Positions 1 to 6,225 of a stretch of 63,520 nucleotides of DNA are shown piece after piece. The notes under the pieces were generated by a model that saw only the letters and a list, made by a program, of their open reading frames with translations, made no database searches and was not told the origin of the DNA. Source of the stretch: a virus; IMG/VR virus record IMGVR_UViG_3300030613_000001, positions 1 to 63,520 of that record. One strand, given 5' to 3'. A program made the translations under genes and the position numbers. Position 1 is the first letter of the stretch, and each line of letters begins with the position of its first letter.

Positions 1-127
1 CCTCGAAATCGTCGGCGCATTTCGCTTGACACGCCGGATCGGATGGTCTAATCGACCAGTCCAGCGCCTCAAATCCAGAACAGCCGCAGGCTTGCAAAAC
101 ATCATCTCCGAAGACCCCCGCCCCCCG
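1..127. repeat. Terminal direct repeat, left copy (identical to 63394..63520)
   Basis: First 127 nt (cctcgaaatcgtcggcgcat...aagacccccgccccccg) recur exactly as the last 127 nt of the window; expected for a circular or terminally redundant genome closed by assembly overlap. Confidence 0.95.
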
Positions 128-251
128 TGAGTCCCCAAAGACTACCGAGCACGAATGGTTGACCTGCCTCACTCCATCCGCGTCAACTGCGCCAAGAAAC
201 CCCAACCGCTCCCACCCCGTCACCTGTTTTGAATCAATTGCCGAGGACTTG

Positions 252-546
252 AGACGCCAATAGTTGTCAAAAACGATTCATTTTGGAAGGCGGCGGAAAG
301 GCGCGCCGGTTGTGGCTCCGCCAAAAGTTCCGCCAAAATCCAATAGTTTTCTCTATTTGTATCTATCCTGTTATCATTTATTATTTTCCTCACTCCCCTT
401 ATATAAATATTCTATTTATTTTTTCGCCCAATGAAAACAAATAGGCTAAACTATTGGATTTTGGCGGAACTTTTGACAACCTACTGTAATCACATCATAT
501 AAAAATACATCTTTAACACCCCCCAAACACCAAACTATTGGCGTCT
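252..546. promoter_or_regulatory. Nested inverted-repeat region with four CCAATAGTT boxes; function unknown (origin, operator array or invertible segment)
   Basis: CCAATAGTT at 257..265 and 340..348 (forward), 449..457 and 533..541 (reverse). Perfect 28-bp IR 322..349 / 448..475 around a 98-nt AT-rich core. Outer 14-bp IR 252..265 / 533..546. Extra 10-bp IR 263..272 / 471..480. Confidence 0.8.
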
Positions 547-880
547 ATGCTCTCAAAAACAAAACCGGGCGACGGGTAGAGCCTTTAACATTGTATGACA
601 ACAAAAGTTTATTTTATTGAATTTTATTGGCATATAGTTAAGAAAAGTGAATCCAATGCACTTTGTAAGTTTATCACTATGTTATACACTTTCTTAGTGG
701 ATAGTTACCAGGAGCGGTTCACAAAAATAAACCAAATGGATGCCATCGAAAAAACCATAAACTTTTCAACATGCTGATATGTATGTAATTTGTCAATTTA
801 TGTTTCTTGGCACCATATTTGCACTTAAAAAGTGTATAACATTAACATTCCCACAACCCCAACAGAAAGGAAAACAGACA

Positions 881-1975
881 ATGGCACTCAAGACTTGGAA
901 AGCGAAAATCGGCGAGCACGAGTTCAACTTAAAAACCAAGAAGGACGACGCCGGGCGGATCGCCAATCAGATCAAGAACGCGGTCCACCTGCACCAGTTC
1001 ACCCGGGAGATCTCCACCAGCTTTGACGGCAAGGAATACGTCAGCACCACCATGGCGCTGTTTGGGACCGGCCAGGCCCCGATCAAGGATCAGGCAGGCT
1101 ACGAGGCAGACCTCGCCGTTGCCCTCGCCAAATGGGCTCCTATCCTTATTACCGAGGCCAACCGCGCCGAGGTAGTGTCCGACTTCAACGTGGTTTACGA
1201 AAAGCACATTCCCATCCTGGACACCCGCAAGTCCGCCGAGCAGCTGGCCGAGGAAAAGCGGGAGCGGTCAGAACGCGAAGCCACCCGCGCCGCCCAGGAG
1301 AACGCATGCCGCGCCGCACACCTCACGCAGTTCAGCAACGGCCCCGACACCGAAATGGTCCAAATCCAGCAGCCCGGCAGCATGGCCATCTACCTCGAAA
1401 CCATTTACGACGGCAGCGACCCGCAAACCGACTATTTCAATCCCCACGTGCAAGTCGGCCCGGATCTCCTCCTCGCCATCGTTCCCAAGCAGGCCAAGAC
1501 CCAGGCCCTCGCCCGCATGGCCGTCAGCCGCTACCCGGAGCTCGCCGCCATCGACTTCACCTGGCACACCGAGAATTACAGCATGGGCAAAGGCAACTAC
1601 CTCGAATCCGGCTACTGCGTCGACGTGACGGCCGGCCCGGAAACCAAGCAATGCCAGTATGCCGTCAAATTCGACGAGTATAGCAAGGCGAAATTTCCCT
1701 ATAAGGCCTATCCCGGAATCGTGGCCACCCCCGCCGCCGGATCCCCCGCCACGGTCTCAAACGGCGCCGCCACCATCCGCCACAACACCGAGAAGGCAGG
1801 CATCGAGATCCGGTTCGCCGATCGGCCTGACGAGTCCGTCCTCGACCGCCTAAAGTCCCACGGCTGGCGCTGGAGCAGGTTTTCCAAATGCTGGTATTCC
1901 CGCCAGTCTGACGCGGCCGAGGCCTTCGCCAACGAGTTGGTAGGCTCTCTAACCCCGCAGCAGGCGGCCGCCTGA
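881..1975 (+). CDS. Hypothetical protein, 364 aa, with a conserved-looking C-terminal module (GIEIRFADRPDESVLDRLKSHGWRWSRFSKCWY)
   Basis: Track ORF 779..1975; ATG at 881 follows an aaagga SD-like motif; first gene of the rightward operon. The C-terminal motif resembles a small module seen on phage and plasmid proteins, but no family is assigned. Confidence 0.7.
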   Translation: MALKTWKAKIGEHEFNLKTKKDDAGRIANQIKNAVHLHQFTREISTSFDGKEYVSTTMALFGTGQAPIKDQAGYEADLAVALAKWAPILITEANRAEVVSDFNVVYEKHIPILDTRKSAEQLAEEKRERSEREATRAAQENACRAAHLTQFSNGPDTEMVQIQQPGSMAIYLETIYDGSDPQTDYFNPHVQVGPDLLLAIVPKQAKTQALARMAVSRYPELAAIDFTWHTENYSMGKGNYLESGYCVDVTAGPETKQCQYAVKFDEYSKAKFPYKAYPGIVATPAAGSPATVSNGAATIRHNTEKAGIEIRFADRPDESVLDRLKSHGWRWSRFSKCWYSRQSDAAEAFANELVGSLTPQQAAA

Positions 1976-1989
1976 GTTGATCCCGAGCA

Positions 1990-2022
1990 AGCCGGCCGAG
2001 GGCGCCGCACCTTCGGCCGGCT
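1990..2022 (+). terminator. GC-rich hairpin after the 881..1975 gene
   Basis: AGCCGGCCGA (1990..1999) pairs with TCGGCCGGCT (2013..2022), 13-nt loop, followed by TTTCAGG. Confidence 0.55.
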
Positions 2023-2088
2023 TTCAGGAAGATCAACCGCCCTTGACGAGATCATGGGCTATTGTTTAAAACTGAAAGGAGGGTCACG

Positions 2089-2340
2089 ATGAAAAAGCGC
2101 AAGTTCAAAGTCACTGTAGATCCAGGGTTCGATCCGCATGAGGGTACCGATCTTGAAGCCGTTTGTGCAGCTATCGATTACTCTGAAAATTTCCAGACGG
2201 TCCCCGCCAACGTCACGGAAGACGCCAACGGCGAAATTTTTGTTGAACTGGAAAGCGGCTCCTACATAGGCACTGCGCTCGAAGTGGTATGCGATGCCCT
2301 GGAAGCTTGGGACATCCCGGCCGAAGTGACCGAGGTTTAA
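2089..2340 (+). CDS. Small acidic hypothetical protein (83 aa)
   Basis: ATG 2089 lies about 6 nt after AAAGGAGGG; the product is rich in D/E (MKKRKFKVTVDPGFDPHEGTDLEAV...). Confidence 0.7.
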   Translation: MKKRKFKVTVDPGFDPHEGTDLEAVCAAIDYSENFQTVPANVTEDANGEIFVELESGSYIGTALEVVCDALEAWDIPAEVTEV

Positions 2341-2352
2341 AGGAGGACCATC

Positions 2353-2607
2353 ATGAAACGAGATACTAAAACAGCCAAGGTGAGATATTCAGTCCTTTTG
2401 CTCTACCCGGATTACGTGGCCGATGCTTTCGGACAAGAAACCTATTATTCGTTCGAGGTGGCAGCCACCCCGTGCGAAGCGCTGGAAAAAGCCCGGCGCC
2501 GCTGCATGAAAGCCAACCGAGGTATAAACGATCCCTTAGACCTTTTCTGTTTGCTTATGATCCATGGCCACAAGCACGACATGACCAGCGTCGCACAGGA
2601 GGTTTAA
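2353..2607 (+). CDS. Hypothetical protein (84 aa)
   Basis: ATG 2353 preceded by AGGAGG at 2341..2346; tightly packed in the operon. Confidence 0.7.
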   Translation: MKRDTKTAKVRYSVLLLYPDYVADAFGQETYYSFEVAATPCEALEKARRRCMKANRGINDPLDLFCLLMIHGHKHDMTSVAQEV

Positions 2608-2609
2608 CC

Positions 2610-3269
2610 ATGCCAAACCCCAACCACCCCGCCGCCGGCAGCCAGATCAAGGTCGAGCCGATCCGCGACCTGAAGGACATCAAGTCCATTAAAAAGCTCC
2701 TTGCCGACACCCCCCGGGACCTGGCGCTCTTCACGATCGGCATCAACACATCCCTGCGCGCATCCGACCTGGTGCGCCTCACCGTGGGCCAGCTGCGCAC
2801 CCTCAAGCCCATGGGCGAGCTGGAGCTCAAGGAGCGCAAAACCGGCAACCTCCGCCGCATCAGCATCAACCGCGCCTGCATCGAGGTGATTGCCGGCCAG
2901 GTCAAACACCTAACCCATGAATGTGCAGCAGAATCAAATGACAGCCATCCTTCATTGATTGATACCCATCCTTTGTCTGTTTATCCAATAGACGCCCAGC
3001 CTTTTTTTGCCAGTAGGAGGGGAGGGGGGGCGCTGACAGTCAGCAGCGTGCACAGGCTGGTCAAGGGGTGGTGTCGATCGATCAATCTCAAGGGAAACTA
3101 CGGCAGTCACACGCTGCGCAAAACATGGGGCTACCACCAGCGTGTGACCTACGGACAGGCCCTGCCGGTCCTCTGCGAGGTCCTGGGGCACTCAACGCAG
3201 CGCCAGACGCTCACCTACCTCTGCATCCAGGCCGAGGAGATCCGCAGCGTCTACGCCAACGAGCTATAG
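2610..3269 (+). CDS. Small tyrosine recombinase (catalytic domain only, 219 aa)
   Basis: ATG 2610 after AGGAGG. Motifs TSLRASDL (Arg I), HTLRKTWGY (H-x-x-R) and LGHSTQRQTLTYL (His/Tyr nucleophile region). No N-terminal SAM-like or arm-binding domain. Confidence 0.85.
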   Translation: MPNPNHPAAGSQIKVEPIRDLKDIKSIKKLLADTPRDLALFTIGINTSLRASDLVRLTVGQLRTLKPMGELELKERKTGNLRRISINRACIEVIAGQVKHLTHECAAESNDSHPSLIDTHPLSVYPIDAQPFFASRRGGGALTVSSVHRLVKGWCRSINLKGNYGSHTLRKTWGYHQRVTYGQALPVLCEVLGHSTQRQTLTYLCIQAEEIRSVYANEL

Positions 3270-3278
3270 GAGGGTTTC

Positions 3279-3473
3279 ATGGATAACCAGCTTGCCGAAT
3301 TATGGGTTTCGCTTGATAAGGTAAAGAGCGAAATAAACAACACCTGCATCCCCTACGGTATGCACTTGGGTATTGAGGATCCTGAATTAATGGCAGCCCT
3401 TGAGGCCACCACCCAGGCGATTGACAATCACTTCGGAAGCTTCCGCCTTCAGGCGAGCCGTGTGAAAGGATAA
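3279..3473 (+). CDS. Hypothetical protein (64 aa)
   Basis: ATG 3279 preceded by TAGGAGGG. Confidence 0.6.
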   Translation: MDNQLAELWVSLDKVKSEINNTCIPYGMHLGIEDPELMAALEATTQAIDNHFGSFRLQASRVKG

Positions 3474-3478
3474 ACACC

Positions 3479-3799
3479 ATGCTCAAGATCATCGACGGAT
3501 TCCGCTACGACACGGACAAGGCCACGGAGATCGGCGCGGCCAGCTCCACCGGCAGCCAGAGCGATTTCCATTACTGGAGTGAAACGCTTTACAAATCTCC
3601 ACGCGCCGGCCGCTTCTTCCTCGCCGGCGAAGGGCATGCCATGAGCCGGTGGGGCAAGCGGACCGGGGACGGAAACATGGGATGGGGGTCCGGGATCCTG
3701 CCGCTCAGTGTCGTCGACGCCCGCGCTTGGTGCGAACAGCACCTTGAGGACGACGAGTGGGCCAAGCACTTCCCGGCCGACTCGGTCCAAGACGCATAG
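3479..3799 (+). CDS. Hypothetical protein (106 aa)
   Basis: ATG 3479 after GAAAGGA; last gene of the rightward operon. Confidence 0.65.
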   Translation: MLKIIDGFRYDTDKATEIGAASSTGSQSDFHYWSETLYKSPRAGRFFLAGEGHAMSRWGKRTGDGNMGWGSGILPLSVVDARAWCEQHLEDDEWAKHFPADSVQDA

Positions 3800-3815
3800 C
3801 CGCCTAAAATAAGTC

Positions 3816-3846
3816 GGGCGCCGGCTGTTTCGAACGGCCGGCGCCC
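3816..3846. terminator. Hairpin between convergent genes
   Basis: GGGCGCCGGC (3816..3825) pairs with GCCGGCGCCC (3837..3846). On the minus sense it is followed by a T-rich run (gacttatttt), so it can terminate the leftward gene 3871..4125. Confidence 0.6.
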
Positions 3847-3870
3847 ATCTGCACTCAATCCTTCCGATTC

Positions 3871-4125
3871 TCACTTATCATCCACTACCTGGTAAACCCC
3901 GCTCTTAATCAAATACCCCTCGCACCTGGCCACCGACTCGAACAGGACGAATTCTCCCCCATGGGCCTTTTGCAGCCGGATCAGCTCATCCTCGGCCGCC
4001 GCACGCTCCAGGTGCACAAAGCTCGGCCGCACGCGCTCCGGAAGCCACCCGTGCGACGGGAGTCCGCGCCCGGCGTTCATCGCCCGGGCGCGGCCCATAT
4101 CAACGATAATATAAAAACCGCTCAT
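3871..4125 (-). CDS. Hypothetical protein (84 aa)
   Basis: ATG-initiated track ORF; last gene of the leftward block. Confidence 0.6.
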   Translation of the reverse strand: MSGFYIIVDMGRARAMNAGRGLPSHGWLPERVRPSFVHLERAAAEDELIRLQKAHGGEFVLFESVARCEGYLIKSGVYQVVDDK

Positions 4126-4139
4126 TTCTTCTAACGGCC

Positions 4140-4634
4140 CTAACCCCTCTTACTCTTCCCGATCATAAGCCCGGCCAGGTAGCTTCCCTTTGCGGCCTCC
4201 CAAGCCGCCGGCGAGATCGCGCTCAGGTCTATTACCTCGCCTTTGGGTCCGATCGTGGCCCCCATGGCCGCCAACGCATTCACGCAGGTCAGCATCAGGT
4301 ATTCGTCGTCTACCTTGAGGCCCTGCAGCGCTTTGGTTATTTCAACCTCGCTCAGCTTGCCGGTAACCGCCAGGTTGTAGGCCTGCTCGATCGCCACGTT
4401 GTCGGCCTCGGTCTTGCTCTTGCCGACGAACATCCCCAGGGTCATGGCGGTCTGCTTGATCCCGAACAAGCTCAACTGGTCGTTGCCGACATTCGTGAGG
4501 GCAAACTTGCATCCCACCACTCCCATCGCAAATATCCCGATCACCGCAATCAGCACCAGCAGCTCAAGCAACGAAAGCCCACGCTTCTGCCGGCACGGAT
4601 AGATTATGCTTATGAGTCCATCCCACATGGCCAT
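4140..4634 (-). CDS. Prepilin-type N-terminal cleavage/methylation domain protein (pilin or pseudopilin-like, 164 aa)
   Basis: ATG 4634 preceded by AAGGAGGA. N-terminus ...CRQKRG/LSLLELLVLIAVIGIFA matches the class III signal (K/R-G, then hydrophobic residues with Glu at +5). Confidence 0.75.
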   Translation of the reverse strand: MAMWDGLISIIYPCRQKRGLSLLELLVLIAVIGIFAMGVVGCKFALTNVGNDQLSLFGIKQTAMTLGMFVGKSKTEADNVAIEQAYNLAVTGKLSEVEITKALQGLKVDDEYLMLTCVNALAAMGATIGPKGEVIDLSAISPAAWEAAKGSYLAGLMIGKSKRG

Positions 4635-4864
4635 TCCTCCTTCTCTACTATTCTTTTTGGTGATATCGGCGGCGGCCTCGGAGGTCGTGAATAGCCGCCT
4701 TATGCCGCCGCCGCTGCCTCGGCCTGCGCAAAGTCTGCGCTCGCCCCCCTGGGGCGATCTCTTATTTCCGCATAGGCGCCACCTCCCTTCATCGCCCGTA
4801 AATCCTTGATTCGTGGTGCGGGTGTTACCCTTCGCCTGCCGGCGATCGTTGAACCTTGGGCTTC

Positions 4865-5356
4865 CTATTGAGTCGTTTTTTCGCCATTTTGACAAGAACA
4901 AGGCCCGGCCGACGCAATCCATGTTTCCGTGCCCAAATCGCTCAGCGGATATATACCCACGTTCACCGCTGCGTTGTGTGCCATCATCATGCAGAAATTT
5001 GATATATTCACCGCCGCGCGGATCAGTGAATTATTTTTGTCGTGGGTTGCATGCCCCGTCAGCGCACCTAAAACTTGCTGCAGCTCAGCCATCATCCGGT
5101 GCACCAGGCTCTCGGGAAGCAATTTTTTATATGAATCCCCTCTCACCGGATCATGGTACTTCAGCGACTTCTCACACTCACCTATGAACCAAGACAATTC
5201 AGGGCGTATCAGTGACGGCTGATCCAGCACCGATGCCTTTTCTCTCAAAGCAGCAACCTCCGCAGCATATTTCGCCAACTGCTCTTTCGCCTCATTAAAT
5301 GCTTCTTTCAACGCCTCATGTCTCTTGATCGATACAACCGTTGGCTTTGTTCCCAT
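4865..5356 (-). CDS. Hypothetical protein (163 aa), coiled-coil N-terminus
   Basis: ATG 5356 preceded by GAGGAGGA; the longer upstream extension in the track is unlikely to be coding. Confidence 0.65.
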   Translation of the reverse strand: MGTKPTVVSIKRHEALKEAFNEAKEQLAKYAAEVAALREKASVLDQPSLIRPELSWFIGECEKSLKYHDPVRGDSYKKLLPESLVHRMMAELQQVLGALTGHATHDKNNSLIRAAVNISNFCMMMAHNAAVNVGIYPLSDLGTETWIASAGPCSCQNGEKTTQ

Positions 5357-5369
5357 AGCAATCCTCCTC

Positions 5370-5738
5370 TCAAAACAGTTTCCCGCCGTGCTTAACCGGG
5401 CGGGTCTCGTTATATGCCGCCTTGGCCAGCACCGCCTCGGCAACGCGCAGTTTGAAGTGTGAGGCAAAGTCCATGATCCGGATGATTACGTCTGCCAGTT
5501 CCGCCTCCGATCCACTGAACCCCGGGATCTTGTCGTCCGGCGGGTCGCCATTCCTTAGCGCCTCCAGCGCCTCGGACAGCTCGCTGTGCATCAGCGCTAT
5601 CTTTTCTCCGGTATTCGCCTCGCCGTCCCACCAGCCCTTTCCTACGGCCGTGGAGTGCACCACCTCCTGCACCCGGAAAAACTCGAAAACAAAATCGGAT
5701 AGGAACTCCAACTTTTTAGGTTTTACCATCTCCATCAT
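5370..5738 (-). CDS. mazG: MazG-like nucleoside triphosphate pyrophosphohydrolase
   Basis: All-alpha NTP-PPase signature: EKIALMHSELSEALEALR ... EAELADVIIRIMDFA (paired acidic helices); size typical of phage MazG. Confidence 0.75.
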   Translation of the reverse strand: MMEMVKPKKLEFLSDFVFEFFRVQEVVHSTAVGKGWWDGEANTGEKIALMHSELSEALEALRNGDPPDDKIPGFSGSEAELADVIIRIMDFASHFKLRVAEAVLAKAAYNETRPVKHGGKLF

Positions 5739-5965
5739 CCCCTCTTTCCCATATAGGCCCCAAACACGCATGCTCCCACCGCCGCGGCCCACATCAACCG
5801 CGGAACCCACCTCCTCCAGCCTGCCGGACTTTCGCCGACACTCAGCACGACCATCACCTCGACCACTACCGCCGGCCGCTCCGCCTGGCTATCCACTGCC
5901 ATCACCACGCCGCGCGAAATGCTTTTGATGCAATATCCTATCGGCGAGAGACCCGCAGCGCTCAT
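5735..5965 (-). CDS. Small membrane protein (76 aa)
   Basis: ATG 5965 overlaps the upstream stop by 4 nt (5962..5965; ATGA-type coupling); two hydrophobic segments. Confidence 0.5.
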   Translation of the reverse strand: MSAAGLSPIGYCIKSISRGVVMAVDSQAERPAVVVEVMVVLSVGESPAGWRRWVPRLMWAAAVGACVFGAYMGKRG

Positions 5966-6225
5966 ACGATATCCTCTATTTTCCACGCCGGCCGAACCGC
6001 GTCATGAAATAGCACCGGACAAAACTTCCGCCCCGAACCGGCCTCGATGACGTGGCAGATGCAGCCATGCCACGGGCATTGCTTGCACATACCGGTGAGC
6101 TCAGGGACTTGGTTATCGACCATCAGGTCGAAGACCCTGTCCGGGATTATCCCTGGCAATAGCGCCCCGTAATAGACATACGGATCACCGGTCTTTTTGC
6201 TTTTAAGCCAAATCCAATACTGCAT
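5962..6225 (-). CDS. Hypothetical Cys-rich protein (87 aa)
   Basis: ATG 6225 overlaps the primase stop by one base (TGATG); motif CKQCPWHGCICH. Confidence 0.6.
   Translation of the reverse strand: MQYWIWLKSKKTGDPYVYYGALLPGIIPDRVFDLMVDNQVPELTGMCKQCPWHGCICHVIEAGSGRKFCPVLFHDAVRPAWKIEDIV

Noticed and set aside
1-127. The terminal repeats interpreted as att sites, LTRs or transposon ends
   Set aside because: They form an exact 127-nt direct overlap at the two extreme ends of the contig with nothing outside them. That is the expected signature of a circular assembly path, not of an integrated element with flanking host DNA.
595-777. A 60-aa ORF in the AT-rich region upstream of the first rightward gene
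   Set aside because: There is no SD. The composition is driven by AT-rich non-coding DNA. The region more plausibly holds promoters or operators for the 881..3799 operon.
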